Assembly (NCBI GenBank): GCA_022706765.1 | Contig: JAKJBX010000003.1 | Location: 10,291 to 74,290 of the forward strand | DNA: 64,000 nucleotides | Direction of reading: 5' to 3' | From: Bacillota bacterium | GTDB taxonomy: Bacteria > Bacillota > Clostridia > Monoglobales > Firm-18 | Part shown: in pieces, positions 8,818 to 20,046 of the stretch | Position numbering within the stretch: the stretch's first letter is position 1 | Layout of the letters: every line of letters begins with the position of its first letter | The notes under the pieces: model-generated | What the model was told of the DNA's origin: nothing | Databases searched by the model: none | The model's input: the letters and a program-made list of their open reading frames with translations, nothing else | Program-made: the position numbers and the translations under genes

Positions 8818-8890
8818 GAATGACAGGAAATTTTTATTTCCTACTCATACAAAATAACATAAATGCGTTTTCCCGGCATGAAAAATGTAA
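8818..8890 (+). repeat. Degenerate copy of repeat R1 (hairpin module plus eroded core)
   Basis: AATGACAGGAAATTTTTATTTCCTACTCAT nearly identical to the 28601 hairpin. Followed by ..TTTTCCCGGCATGAAAAA resembling the TTCCTTGGCAAAGG core. Confidence 0.4.
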
Positions 8891-8922
8891 AGATTTGATG
8901 CGATTTGAAGGAGGAAGAATGT

Positions 8923-11900
8923 ATGGCGTGTATCACCCGTCACAAGATGAAAATGTTAAAACTGTTATTGTGTGTTTTTATGGCGGCGGTTGTTTTGCTG
9001 CAATCAATTGCTTGGGAAACGGGTGGCGCCGACAGCGCTCCGACGCTTGGCTTTACAGGCGGCAAAGCATTTGCCGCACCGACCGACGGCTACAAGGGTA
9101 CCTCTTTCCGTACCGATTTAATCGGCGTGCATCCGCGCGTCATTCTGGGTACGGACGTCTCTTTGGCGGAATTGAGCCGCAGGGGCAGCGACCCTGATTA
9201 TGCTGATTTTTACGATAAAGTAGTGACCACCGCAGCCAACTACAACAATAATGCCAATTGGATCACTTTAAATGCGAATGGCGAATATATAGACGGGCAG
9301 GACATGGAATGGCGGATTCCCAACCTTGCGCTTGCCCATTATTTTAACCCCAATAGCTCAAATGAAAACAGAAAATATTTTAATAAGATCAAAGCGTATG
9401 TGAATAAGGTCATCGGCTTTGAAAATTGGGGCTTGGCAAGAGAAAACTATGCGTCGTTGCAGACCGCGGCGACGATGATCGGCATCAGCTATGCCTATGA
9501 CTGGTGCTATGACAGTTTCAGCGCCGCGGAGCAAGCGAATATTCGCAACAAGCTGCTCAAAGAGGTGCGCCATTTGCGTGCAAACTTTACTCCCAGCACC
9601 TATTGGACGGCCGACTATATCCTAAACCACCGCCATATCAGAGTCGCCGGCTTGATGCTCACCGTCATGGCGATCATGGGCGACTTTGCCGACGACGCCA
9701 TCAACGCCGAGCTTGCCGAATATTACAGCTTTGCGGAAAGCGAATTAGAAAATATTATATACTGGACCGCACACGACGGCAGCAATCATGAAAGCACTTC
9801 GTATATGACCTTCGGGGGTTCGAGGGTTATCCCGCTTGTGACGGCGTATGAAGCCATTTCCGGTGTCAGCCTGTGGGAGGCGCATTTTAGAAATTCCGCA
9901 TATTTTAAGGCTTATCTTTATATGCCGGGACTGAAAAATCAGGTTCCTTTCGGCGATTACTTGAAAAACCCGCTCTCCAATGACCCGATGGTTTTTTTAA
10001 CAATTACTATTTTAAGATTGCGTCTAAGTTTAGGGATGGCAAGCTTCAACGGCTGTTTTTGGACGCCTATGCCGCAAAGTCCGAATCCTTTGTCCATTAC
10101 GCATGGCTGTTGATGTACTATGACGACACGCTGGCGCCTGAGGTATGGGAGGCGCCTGATTACGCCTATTTCCCCGACATCGAAATGGTGCATTTCAGAA
10201 CCGGTTGGGGAAATAACGACATTTCGCTGACCTTAAAGAGCGGTCCGCCGGGCGGCTACCGTTTGAATGAATGGATTGCGCTGACAGGCCGCGGCAATGT
10301 CGGGCACGACAAGCCCGATGCGCAAAACATCACGATTGGCTATAAGAGCAAGCGTTGGGGCGACTATCCGCCGTATGTTGAGGGGCAATCCGGAAATGTG
10401 GACGTGCGTCTGTCGAGGTACCACAACACCCTTATTGTTGACGGCAAGGGGCAAAACTTTGAAACAAACGGATGGGGCCAGCCCATTACTAATATGGCAA
10501 ATCAGGCAAGGGTCAGTGAGTTTTTCGGCACGGATAACTATGGTTTTACAACCGGTGACGCGAAGAATGCCTATCAAGTAAAGCTCAGCAAGTTCGACAG
10601 GGATATTTTCTATGTGGACGGCAGGTATTATGTGTCCTTCGACGACATCGCAAAGAATAGCGGCACGGGAAGCTTTGAGTATCTCTTCCACAACAGGGGC
10701 ACCTGGACGGGCAATTTGGATGACGGCTATGTGATTGATCAAGACGGCGACAAAATGTCACTCTACGTCAGGATGCCGGTTGCCGCGACCGCAACGCTGC
10801 TGCCGCCCGAATCGGCGTACGAATATGCGGTTTATCAGAGCCTCGGATCGGAACTTGCCGTAAAAAATACTGCCAATGCCAATTCCGCACAGTTTGCATC
10901 GGTCTATTTCCCGCAGGTCGGCGGTGAAACGCTTTTGTCCGCACCTGTTTTGACGCAGGATTCAGAGGGGCTTAAAATGACCGTCAACCGAGCAGCCAAA
11001 ACCGATTACTTTGCGGTTCGCAGCAATGTCGGCAACATCACCATGAATGACCTGTCCGCTAATGCCGAAACGGTCTTTTACACAAAGAGCGGCAGCGACA
11101 TTACCAACACTGTTATGATAAACGGCAATAGCCTGTACCAGACCGAAGGACTGCCGGTTTTTTCGAGCACAAATAACCTCAATTTGCGCTATCAGAGCCT
11201 GGCGTCCCCCAATACCTTTAAGTTTTATGCACAACGACCGAAGCTGTCTGACGCAACGGACACCGTTCTTAATATTTCGCAGCTTGTACCGAATACCCTC
11301 TATAACCTCAGTTGGGAAGGCGGTCAGACAGAGTTTGTGAAATCGGACGGAAACGGCTTGCTCTCTTTGACGATAGACGCTTCCCAAATGCATGAGGTCA
11401 CCGTAGCTCCGGTTTTCAGCATAGACACTAGCCTGACAATGGGTGACGAGGAGGCAATCGCCGGTATTAACGTCACCAGCAACCTTAAAGACTCGGAAAC
11501 CAGCAGCCTTGTTGCCATCCTTGGCCGTTATAAGGGTAAAAGGCTCATTGATGTCGTGACAAAACCTTATACCCTCACAGCTGCAAACCCGAGTGTGTCG
11601 GACAGCTTTTCGGTTCCCTTGCTGGAAGGCGAGTATGCACAGCTGTTTCTTTGGGATTCCACGGAGTACATGAAGCCTTTGATTGCATCTAAAAAGCTCA
11701 GTCATTCATATCTGTACGAGCTTTTGAACGCACAGGGTGAAGGGAGTATGACCGTCTACGGCACCACAGAAGCCGATGTGTACCTCACACTGGTCGTCCG
11801 GAATGACGAGGAAACCATTGTTTATCTCAATCAGACGCTTACCGGCAGCGACGGCAGCTTTGCATTTGAGTTTCCGCTTGAAGAATACGGCAGCTATGAA

Positions 11901-11972
11901 GCGGCAGTCGGAACGGCAACACGTGATGACGTAAGGATATTGGCGTTTGATTATTCGCCGCCTGCGGAATAA
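8923..11972 (+). pseudogene. secreted heparinase II/III-like polysaccharide lyase family protein, split by a frameshift in a T7 run
   Basis: ORFs 8905..10113 and 10059..11972 read as one protein across T7 at 9992-9998 (..NDPMVF|FNNYYFKIASKFRDGKLQRLFLDAYAAK..). Signal peptide MKMLKLLLCVFMAAVVLLQS; GHDKPDAQNITIGY and RYHNTLIVDGKGQ resemble the Hepar_II_III domain. ATG 8923 has a GAAGGAGG SD. Confidence 0.7.
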
Positions 11973-11992
11973 AATTTTATTGAAGTTTGGGT

Positions 11993-12027
11993 AAAAAGCC
12001 GGGGAGCATTCATGCTCCCCGGCTTTT
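11993..12027 (+). terminator. rho-independent terminator
   Basis: AAAAAGCCGGGGAGC-ATTCAT-GCTCCCCGGCTTTT. Confidence 0.85.
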
Positions 12028-12064
12028 GTCTGCTCAGTTTTTTGTGCGGAGGGATATATTTTGC

Positions 12065-12093
12065 TTGACATTTGCAGGTTGTTTCAATAAAAT
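12065..12093 (+). promoter_or_regulatory. candidate sigma-A promoter of aconitase-icd operon
   Basis: TTGACA-17 nt-TAAAAT. Confidence 0.45.
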
Positions 12094-12125
12094 ATTATGT
12101 AGGCTAAGAAATGGGGGTATATTAA

Positions 12126-14063
12126 ATGGGCTTAAACATTGCGCAGAAGATTATTGAAAAACACCTTGTGAGCGGCAAGATGCTTGCGGGAGAGGATATT
12201 TCAATCAAAATCGACCAAACGCTGACGCAGGACTCCACAGGTACAATGGCGTATCTGCAATTTGAGGCGATCGGCATCCCTCGTGTCAAGACCGAAAAAT
12301 CGGTTGCGTACATTGACCATAACACGCTGCAAACCGGGTTTGAAAATGCCGACGACCACAAGTATATACAAACAGTCGCCAAAAAACATGGCATATTTTT
12401 TTCCCGTCCCGGCAACGGCATCTGTCATCAGGTGCACCTTGAACGCTTCGGTATCCCGGGCAAAACCCTGCTCGGTTCAGACAGCCACACCCCGACGGGC
12501 GGCGGCATCGGCATGCTTGCCATCGGTGCGGGCGGCTTGGACGTGGCGGTTGCTATGGGCGGCGGTGCGTACCACCTGACCATGCCGAAGGTCAAAAGGG
12601 TGAACCTTACCGGCAGCTTAAAGCCGTGGGTCAGCGCAAAGGATATTATCTTGGAGGTGCTGCGTCTGATGTCCGTTAAGGGCGGCGTCGGCTATGTCAT
12701 CGAGTATGCGGGCGAGGGCGTCCGGACGCTGTCTGTGCCCGAGCGTGCGACCATCACCAATATGGGTGCGGAGCTTGGCGCGACCACGTCGGTTTTTCCG
12801 AGCGACGAGATCACAAAGGAATTTTTAAAAGCGCAAAAACGTGAGAGCGATTGGACAGCGCTTTTTGCTGACGCTGATGCGGCGTACGATGAAGAAATTA
12901 CCATAGACTTATCCGGACTGACGCCGTTGGTCGCGAAACCGCATATGCCCGACAACGTCGATACGGTGGAAAATACCGGCAAGATCAAGGTCGACCAGGT
13001 CTTTATCGGAAGCTGCACCAATTCTTCCTACCAGGACATGATGACGGTCGCCGCCGTTTTAAAGGGCAAGTCGGTACACCCCGATGTCAGCCTTGTCATC
13101 GGTCCGGGCTCAAAGCAGGTTTTGAATATGCTTGCCTTAAACGGCGCGCTTGCCGACATGATCGATGCGGGCGCAAGGATATTGGAAAGCGCCTGCGGAC
13201 CGTGTATCGGTATGGGTCAATCTCCCCGGACCGACGCCGTTTCCCTGCGCACAAACAACCGTAATTTTGAGGGCAGAAGCGGCACGACCTCCGCACAAAT
13301 CTATATCGTCAGCCCCGAGACTGCCGCCATCAGTGCGATTGCAGGCGTGCTGACTGACCCGAGAACGCTCGGCGAGGCGCCGGTTATCGCACTGCCGAAG
13401 GAATTTTTGATCAACGACAATATGGTGGACGCCCCTGCGGATAGCCATGCCGGCGTTGAGGTTGTCAGAGGTCCGAACATCAAGCCGTTCCCCGTGAATG
13501 TTCCGCTTGCCCCGGATGTTTCGGGCACGGCGCTCATCAAGGTCGGCGACAACATCACCACCGACCATATTATGCCCTCGAACGCCAAGCTGCTGCCGTA
13601 CCGTTCGAACATTCCGTTTCTTTCGGAGTTCTGTCTTGTGCCGTGCGACCCGCAGTTCCCCGCGCGTGCTAAGGAGCATGGGGGCGGCTTCATCATCGGC
13701 GGCGCAAACTATGGTCAGGGCTCGTCCCGTGAGCATGCGGCGCTTGTTCCGCTGTACCTCGGCGTCAAAGCGGTCATTGCCAAGTCCTTTGCGAGGATAC
13801 ATATGGCAAACCTGATCAATTCGGGTATCCTGCCGCTCACCTTTACAAACGAGAGCGACTACGACGCCATCGATACAGGCGACGCGCTGGCGCTGGATGA
13901 CATCAGGCAGACCATCGAAAATGGCGGCGAGATTATACTGAGCAACCGGACAAAGGGCACAAGTCTTCCGCTCAGCATCACCCTGTCGGCACGGCAGCGG
14001 GAGATGATCCTGGCTGGCGGACTTTTAAACTACACAAAATTACAGAGCGAGGGAAAGGAATAA
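12126..14063 (+). CDS. aconitate hydratase (short about 645-aa clostridial type)
   Basis: Aconitase family: DQTLTQDSTG, GSDSHT, IGSCTNSS, CGPCIGMG cluster-ligand motifs plus C-terminal swivel domain. Confidence 0.9.
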   Translation: MGLNIAQKIIEKHLVSGKMLAGEDISIKIDQTLTQDSTGTMAYLQFEAIGIPRVKTEKSVAYIDHNTLQTGFENADDHKYIQTVAKKHGIFFSRPGNGICHQVHLERFGIPGKTLLGSDSHTPTGGGIGMLAIGAGGLDVAVAMGGGAYHLTMPKVKRVNLTGSLKPWVSAKDIILEVLRLMSVKGGVGYVIEYAGEGVRTLSVPERATITNMGAELGATTSVFPSDEITKEFLKAQKRESDWTALFADADAAYDEEITIDLSGLTPLVAKPHMPDNVDTVENTGKIKVDQVFIGSCTNSSYQDMMTVAAVLKGKSVHPDVSLVIGPGSKQVLNMLALNGALADMIDAGARILESACGPCIGMGQSPRTDAVSLRTNNRNFEGRSGTTSAQIYIVSPETAAISAIAGVLTDPRTLGEAPVIALPKEFLINDNMVDAPADSHAGVEVVRGPNIKPFPVNVPLAPDVSGTALIKVGDNITTDHIMPSNAKLLPYRSNIPFLSEFCLVPCDPQFPARAKEHGGGFIIGGANYGQGSSREHAALVPLYLGVKAVIAKSFARIHMANLINSGILPLTFTNESDYDAIDTGDALALDDIRQTIENGGEIILSNRTKGTSLPLSITLSARQREMILAGGLLNYTKLQSEGKE

Positions 14064-14068
14064 GACGA

Positions 14069-15217
14069 ATGAATGAGATGATCAAAGCGGCACAGGAAAA
14101 GTTCGGCAAGCTGCTGGAAGAACAGCTGAGGCGTGTCGAGAAAATGAACGAGAACAAAGATTTTATCAAATATGACGCGTTGGACGCAATCATCGTCGGC
14201 GTTGTCGGCGGCGACGGCATCGGTCCCGCTATCACAAACGAGGCGCACAGGATTTTAGAATTCCTGCTCGAAGGCGAGAAGGTTGCGTTTAAGGTAATCG
14301 ACGGCTGCACCATCGAAAACCGTGCGGCGTGCAATAAAGCCATCCCGGACGACGTTTTGGCGGAGTTGAAAAAATGCCACGTCATTTTAAAAGGTCCCAC
14401 CACTACGCCGAGAGCGGGCGACCCGTGGCCAAACATCGAGAGCGCAAACGTCGCCATGCGCAAGGAGCTTGACCTCTTTGCCAACGTGCGGCCGGTCAAG
14501 GTGCCCTCTGAGGGCATCGACTGGACTTTTTACCGTGAAAACACCGAGGGCTCGTATGCGGTCGGTTCAAAGGGCATCCATGTGACGGACGAGCTGGCGG
14601 TAGACTTTTGCGTCACCACCACCGAGGGCAGCGAACGTATCGCCAGGGCGGCATTCGACTATGCCAAAAAGGCGGGCAAGACCAAGGTGACCTGCGTTAC
14701 CAAGGCAAATGTCGTCAAGACCACCGACGGCAAATTCCTCGACATCTGCAAAAGGGTCTCCGAGGACTATCCCGGCATCGAGCTTGACGACTGGTACATC
14801 GACATCATGACCGCCAAGTTGGTCGATCCCAAGCGCAGGACACAGTTCCAGGTCATGGTGCTGCCCAACCTGTACGGCGACATTTTGACCGACGAGGCGG
14901 CGGAATTCCAGGGCGGTGTCGGCACGGCGGGCAGCGCAAACATCGGCAAGCGTTATGCGATGTTCGAGGCGATCCACGGAAGCGCTCCCCGAATGGTCGC
15001 TGAAGGCAGGGACAAATACGCCGACCCGTGCAGCATCATCAGGGCGGCGGTCATGCTGCTCGAACACATCGGACATGCCGACAAGGCAAAAAAGCTCGAA
15101 AAAGCGCTTGACATCTGCATGTATGAGGAAAAGAAGCTTGTCATTACAGGGCGTGATACGGGCGCAACCGGTGCGGAATTTGCCGACTATGTGATGGAAA
15201 CGATTAAAAAGCTGTGA
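14069..15217 (+). CDS. icd: isocitrate/isopropylmalate dehydrogenase family, probably NAD(P)-isocitrate dehydrogenase
   Basis: GDGIGPAI, NLYGDILTDEAA, GTAGSANIG motifs; adjacent to aconitase. Confidence 0.75.
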   Translation: MNEMIKAAQEKFGKLLEEQLRRVEKMNENKDFIKYDALDAIIVGVVGGDGIGPAITNEAHRILEFLLEGEKVAFKVIDGCTIENRAACNKAIPDDVLAELKKCHVILKGPTTTPRAGDPWPNIESANVAMRKELDLFANVRPVKVPSEGIDWTFYRENTEGSYAVGSKGIHVTDELAVDFCVTTTEGSERIARAAFDYAKKAGKTKVTCVTKANVVKTTDGKFLDICKRVSEDYPGIELDDWYIDIMTAKLVDPKRRTQFQVMVLPNLYGDILTDEAAEFQGGVGTAGSANIGKRYAMFEAIHGSAPRMVAEGRDKYADPCSIIRAAVMLLEHIGHADKAKKLEKALDICMYEEKKLVITGRDTGATGAEFADYVMETIKKL

Positions 15218-15245
15218 AATAGTATCGATCTATAAAGGAAAGCAT

Positions 15246-18200
15246 ATGAGACTTGAAGGGTTATCCAAAACGCTCGCCGAACTCGACGGGTTCGGCGAGT
15301 TGACCAATTGTATAGCGCATGGGCAAACGCCCGTCAATGTCATCGGGGTGTCCGGACTATCATCCGCACACCTTATTTTTTGTGCGTGTCGAAATTTATC
15401 GAAAAAGGCAATCGTCGTCACGCCCGACGGCGTGGCGGCAAACAAGCTGCTTGCCGATTTGCAGGCTTTTTACGGCGACGGCGCCATGCTGCTGCCGGAG
15501 CGTGAGCTGATTTTCTATGACATTGACGCACAGGCGAAGGACGTCCTGTCCCACAGGTTGACGACGCTCCAAAGGCTGTATGAGAACGATGCGCCGATCG
15601 TCGTGACGACCATTTCGGCGCTTTTGGGCTTTTGTGCGCCAAGGGAGGCGTTTGACGCAGCGCTGCGCTTTGAGGACGGCGGTCGGGTCAGCCTGCCGAC
15701 GCTGGCAGACAGTTTTGTCATGCTTGGCTACGTCAGGGAGGACATCGTCGAGGGCAGGGGTCAGTTCGCCATCAGGGGCGGCATCGTCGATTTCTTCCCT
15801 CATACGGCGCAAAATCCCGTCAGGGTCGAGCTGTTTGACGATGAAATCGACTCCATTCGTGAGTTTGATGTCATTTCGCAGCGTTCATTGGGCAAGCTCA
15901 CCCGTGCGTCGGCGACGCCGTCGGACGAGATTTTCATCAGCAATGAGCGCCGCGGGGAATTGGTCGGTTTCCTCGAAGCCGAGGCATATAAGCGTGAGGG
16001 CGCCGTCGGCGATACGTTGCGGCGTGACGCCGAACGGTTAGAAAACCGGATACGCTTCCCCTCAATGGACCGGTATATCCCGTTTGTTTTTGAGCGTATT
16101 CCCACGGTTTTGGACTACGCGGGCGACGACACGCTCTTTTTTATTTGCGAGCCGGGCAATATTTCGCAAAGCGCCGAGGCGAGCGGTGTCCAGCTTGCGG
16201 AGCAGGTTGCCGCCTTTGCGGAAAAGGGTATGGTTATCCAGTCGAAGAAACAGTGGTGCAATGATTATCATGACGCCCTTCGGGTCCTGTCAAAAAATCT
16301 GATCGGATTGTCGGGCATTGCCCACACCTGCCCTGACTACCGTCCCCGGCAGGTGATCGCCATTTCCGCCAAGAGCCAGACGGGCTTTCACGGCAAGCTC
16401 GATTTGTTCTACGATGCGATGCGCTTTTACCGCAATAGTGGCTATGCCGTGGTCATCTTAGGGGGCAGTGAGGGCAAGGCAAAAAATATCGCAAGGGCGC
16501 TCGAAGATGAGGAAATCTTTGCGGTCTACCGGGAAACGGTCACGGAGCCGCCGGAGCCAAAACAGATTATCGTCACGCACGGTGAGATTTCGCAGGGTGC
16601 GGAGTACCCTGCCATCAAGCTTGCCATCATCGGCGACAAGGAGGTTTTCGGTCACGACCGCAAGCCCAGAAGGCAGCCGAGAAGAAAAGCCGGTGAGCGG
16701 CTTGACAGCTTCACCGACCTTAGCGTAGGCGACTATGTCGTCCACCAAGACCACGGCATCGGTCAGTTCACCGGTATCAAGGAGATGTCGATAGACGGCG
16801 CGACCGCTGATTACCTGCACATACAGTTTCGGGGCAAGGACTCGCTCTATGTGCCGACGAACCAGCTTGATTTGGTCTATAAATACATCGGCAAGGAGTC
16901 GGAAACCGTTAAACTGAGCAAGCTTGGCGGTACGCAGTGGCAGACGACCAAGCAAAAGGTGCGCCAAAGTGCAGTGGATATGGCGCGCCAGTTGATCGAG
17001 CTTTATGCGGTCAGGGAGAATGTAAAGGGTCACGCCTTTACACCTGACGGCGACTGGCACGCTGGCTTTGCGGCGACCTTCCCCTATGAGGAGACCGACG
17101 ACCAGCTCACCAGCATCGACGAGGTGCGCCGTGACATGGAAAAGGACCGCCCGATGGACCGATTGCTTTGCGGTGACGTGGGTTACGGCAAGACCGAGAT
17201 TGCGCTGAGGGCGGCTTTCAAGGCGGTCATGGACGGCTTTCAGGTGGCATACCTCGTGCCGACGACGATTTTGGCAAGCCAGCATTATACCACCTTTGCC
17301 GAGCGGATGAAGGAGTTTCCCGTCAAGGTAGAGATGTTGTCGCGCTTCCGCACCGCAAAGCAGCAGCAGGAAACCATCAAGCGCGCCAAGGCGGGCGAGG
17401 TGGACATCATCATCGGTACTCATAGGATCATCCAAAAGGATTTGAACTTTAAAAACCTCGGGCTGCTCATCATCGACGAGGAGCAGCGCTTCGGGGTCGC
17501 GCATAAGGAGCAGCTTAAACAGATACGGCAGCATGTCGACGTGCTGACCCTCACCGCCACGCCCATCCCGAGGACGCTGCACATGAGCATGACCGGCATC
17601 AGGGACATCAGCGTGCTCGAAAACCCGCCTAAGGACCGATACCCCGTCAGCACCTATGTGCTTGAATACAATGACGAGATCATCAGGGAAGGCATCATGC
17701 GTGAGGTTGCCAGGGGCGGTCAGGTCTATTACCTGCACAACCGTGTCCAGACGATCGACAAGGTTGCCGCCCGCATTTCGGCGCTCTCTCCGGACTTGCG
17801 TGTCGTGGTTGCACATGGGCAGATGAGCGTCCACGAGCTTGAAGACATCATGCAGCAGGTCATCGACAGGCAGGTCGATGTATTGGTCTGCACCACGATC
17901 ATCGAAACGGGTCTCGACATCCCGAACGTCAACACCATCATCGTGGAGGAAGCCGATCAAATGGGGCTGGCGCAGCTCTATCAGCTGAGGGGGCGTGTCG
18001 GACGCTCCAACAGGCTTGCGTATGCGTACCTGACGTACCGGCGTGACCGGGTGCTTTCCGAGACGGCGCAAAAGCGTTTAAAGGCGATCCGTGAGTTTAC
18101 CGAGTTTGGCAGCGGCTTTAAAATTGCGCTGCGTGACTTGGAAATCCGCGGTGCGGGCAACGTCATCGGCACGCAGCAGCACGGGCATATGGAGGCGGTC

Positions 18201-18719
18201 GGCTATGATATGTACTGCAAGCTTTTGGCGGAGGCGGTATTATTGCTCAAAGGTCAGGAGCTGCCGACGCAGGTGCAGACGAGCGTCACGCTGAGCGTCG
18301 ACGCCTTTATCCCCAAGGACTATATCAAGGGTGAGAATTACCGCATCGAAATCTACAAACGCATTGCGTCGATTGAAAACGCCCAAGATGCGCTCGATGT
18401 TTATGACGAGATACAGGACAGGTATGGCGACCTGCCCCAAACCGTCGCCAACCTTTTGGACATCTCGCTCATCAGAAGCCTCGCCATGTCGCTGGACATC
18501 GAAGAGGTAAAAAGCACCGGCACCGGTGTGGTGTTCGTGTTCGCCCGGGGCGGCGAGCCGGACTTTCGGGTCGTGTCGGACTTGATGAAGCAATACGACA
18601 ACAGGCTGCTGTATTCGGCAGGCGCAAAGCCCTACCTCACCCTGCGCTGCCAAGGCAAGGATTTGCTGGCGAATGTTAAGAATGTGTTACAGGACTATAA
18701 ACAATTGAAAAATCCTTGA
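15246..18719 (+). CDS. mfd: transcription-repair coupling factor
   Basis: 1157 aa; CarD-like domain, DEAD-box helicase motifs ([16 protein letters not shown]), TRCF C-terminal domain. Confidence 0.95.
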   Translation: MRLEGLSKTLAELDGFGELTNCIAHGQTPVNVIGVSGLSSAHLIFCACRNLSKKAIVVTPDGVAANKLLADLQAFYGDGAMLLPERELIFYDIDAQAKDVLSHRLTTLQRLYENDAPIVVTTISALLGFCAPREAFDAALRFEDGGRVSLPTLADSFVMLGYVREDIVEGRGQFAIRGGIVDFFPHTAQNPVRVELFDDEIDSIREFDVISQRSLGKLTRASATPSDEIFISNERRGELVGFLEAEAYKREGAVGDTLRRDAERLENRIRFPSMDRYIPFVFERIPTVLDYAGDDTLFFICEPGNISQSAEASGVQLAEQVAAFAEKGMVIQSKKQWCNDYHDALRVLSKNLIGLSGIAHTCPDYRPRQVIAISAKSQTGFHGKLDLFYDAMRFYRNSGYAVVILGGSEGKAKNIARALEDEEIFAVYRETVTEPPEPKQIIVTHGEISQGAEYPAIKLAIIGDKEVFGHDRKPRRQPRRKAGERLDSFTDLSVGDYVVHQDHGIGQFTGIKEMSIDGATADYLHIQFRGKDSLYVPTNQLDLVYKYIGKESETVKLSKLGGTQWQTTKQKVRQSAVDMARQLIELYAVRENVKGHAFTPDGDWHAGFAATFPYEETDDQLTSIDEVRRDMEKDRPMDRLLCGDVGYGKTEIALRAAFKAVMDGFQVAYLVPTTILASQHYTTFAERMKEFPVKVEMLSRFRTAKQQQETIKRAKAGEVDIIIGTHRIIQKDLNFKNLGLLIIDEEQRFGVAHKEQLKQIRQHVDVLTLTATPIPRTLHMSMTGIRDISVLENPPKDRYPVSTYVLEYNDEIIREGIMREVARGGQVYYLHNRVQTIDKVAARISALSPDLRVVVAHGQMSVHELEDIMQQVIDRQVDVLVCTTIIETGLDIPNVNTIIVEEADQMGLAQLYQLRGRVGRSNRLAYAYLTYRRDRVLSETAQKRLKAIREFTEFGSGFKIALRDLEIRGAGNVIGTQQHGHMEAVGYDMYCKLLAEAVLLLKGQELPTQVQTSVTLSVDAFIPKDYIKGENYRIEIYKRIASIENAQDALDVYDEIQDRYGDLPQTVANLLDISLIRSLAMSLDIEEVKSTGTGVVFVFARGGEPDFRVVSDLMKQYDNRLLYSAGAKPYLTLRCQGKDLLANVKNVLQDYKQLKNP

Positions 18720-18810
18720 AATTATTGTATAATAAAAAGTATGTAAAGTGCGTGCGCAGACGGGATTCACTTGTGCCGTGGTACAAAAATTCAAGAAAAG
18801 AGGTAGGGTT

Positions 18811-19815
18811 ATGTCAAGATATATGAAGGTTGCCGCGCTGTTTTTGGTCGTGGCTTTGACTGTGGGGCTGTCCGCATGCACGCTGTCCGGTAAGGCGGTC
18901 GTCGCAACGGTCAACGGTGAGAGCATCACAAAACAGGAGTTTATGTATTTCTTTTCACAAATTAAGTCAAGCATTGAAGCGCAGCAAGGTACAGACCTGA
19001 CTGCGGATTTGTGGGAATCCGAGATTGACGGCAAGAAAACCATCGACATCGTCAAGGAAGGGGCTTTGGAGAAAGCGATCACCGCCAAGCTCATCACAAA
19101 AATGGCAATGGATGAAGGCATCAAACTCACCGTCGAGCAGCTGTCGGATATCGACAGCAAGGTCGGTCAGTACATCACCAAATACGGCGAAAACGGTGCG
19201 GACGACTATTTCGGTCAGTTCGGATACAGCACCGCGGTTTACAGAAAAGCATGGGAGGACAGTTATTACAGCAGAAACCTGGCTGAGAAACTGACCGCCG
19301 ACGTTGACGAGGTTGTGGCAAAGCGTTTCTTCGACGAAAAGATATTTCGGGTCAAGCACATCCTGCTTTTAACGATTGACGAGACGACCAGGGAGTCGCT
19401 GCCTGCCGAAACGGTTGAGGCGGCAAAGGCACGGGCTGACGAACTGCTCGTCAGGGCAAGGAACGGTGCGGATTTTGACAAGCTGGTCGCAGAATTTTCA
19501 CAGGACCCCGGTTCAAAGGAGATTCCGGACGGCTACTACCTCGGTAAGGGCTTTGCGCTTGGCGGCGGGGCGATGGACAATATTTTTGAAAATGCGTCCT
19601 TAGAGCTTGAGGTAGGCGGCGTTTCCGATGTTGTGGAAACGGACTACGGCTATCATATTATCAAGCGCTACCAAAACGACCCCAAAGAGTTTGACGCCAA
19701 TGTGGAGGAAATTTTGGATCTGGCAAAAAGCGATAGGTACACAAAGCTTATTGAAAGCTGGCGGAGCGCTGCGACGGTCGAGAAGAATGACAAGGAATAC
19801 GACGCTATTAAATAG
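18811..19815 (+). CDS. prsA: PrsA/SurA-like peptidyl-prolyl isomerase lipoprotein (parvulin)
   Basis: Start moved to ATG 18811 (AGAGGTAGGG SD). Lipobox LSAC; parvulin region FRVKHILL...DGYYLGKGF...GYHIIKR. Confidence 0.8.
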   Translation: MSRYMKVAALFLVVALTVGLSACTLSGKAVVATVNGESITKQEFMYFFSQIKSSIEAQQGTDLTADLWESEIDGKKTIDIVKEGALEKAITAKLITKMAMDEGIKLTVEQLSDIDSKVGQYITKYGENGADDYFGQFGYSTAVYRKAWEDSYYSRNLAEKLTADVDEVVAKRFFDEKIFRVKHILLLTIDETTRESLPAETVEAAKARADELLVRARNGADFDKLVAEFSQDPGSKEIPDGYYLGKGFALGGGAMDNIFENASLELEVGGVSDVVETDYGYHIIKRYQNDPKEFDANVEEILDLAKSDRYTKLIESWRSAATVEKNDKEYDAIK

Positions 19816-19820
19816 TTTTC

Positions 19821-19852
19821 AAACAGACAGCTGCCCGCAGCTGTCTGTTTTT
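19821..19852 (+). terminator. rho-independent terminator
   Basis: ACAGACAGCTG-CCCG-CAGCTGTCTGT followed by TTTTT. Confidence 0.85.
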
Positions 19853-19945
19853 AATAGGGTGGGAAATCAGAATTTCCCACCCTATTAAAAACATTTAATT
19901 CATTCCTTGGTAAAGGGTCGCGTCAGCGCACCTTAAAAGCGACAT
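19853..19945 (+). repeat. Repeat R1 copy A
   Basis: Perfect 15-bp hairpin AATAGGGTGGGAAAT-CAGA-ATTTCCCACCCTATT, then core AAAAACATTTAATTCATTCCTTGGTAAAGGGTCGCGTCAGCGCACCTTAAAAG. The 3' hairpin is eroded. Confidence 0.7.
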
Positions 19946-20046
19946 GAAGGCGGGGCAATTTTTACAAAGATTTAAGGGAATGATGATGGGAACTTTTTTC
20001 CGTATTTGTCCGTCATAACGGTAAAGGTATGAAAGGGGATAATGGT

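Noticed and set aside
8663-9197. ORFs 8663-8857 and 8820-9197.
   Set aside because: They lie in a repeat-mosaic intergenic region and out of frame over the lyase N-terminus. They have no SD and implausible composition.
9992-9998. Programmed -1 ribosomal frameshift at the T7 run.
   Set aside because: No downstream stimulatory structure or known recoding context was seen. A homopolymer indel (real or sequencing) is the simpler explanation.
16458-18071. 537-aa minus-strand ORF, and similar long antisense ORFs at 2820-3689, 13137-13802, 33923-35185, 35477-36520 and 45086-45667.
   Set aside because: Each lies wholly inside a strongly recognisable + strand gene (mfd, aldolase, aconitase, dnaK, dnaJ, and a lipoprotein gene). 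They have R/H/D/G-rich low-complexity composition typical of antisense frames in GC-rich coding DNA, and no SD.
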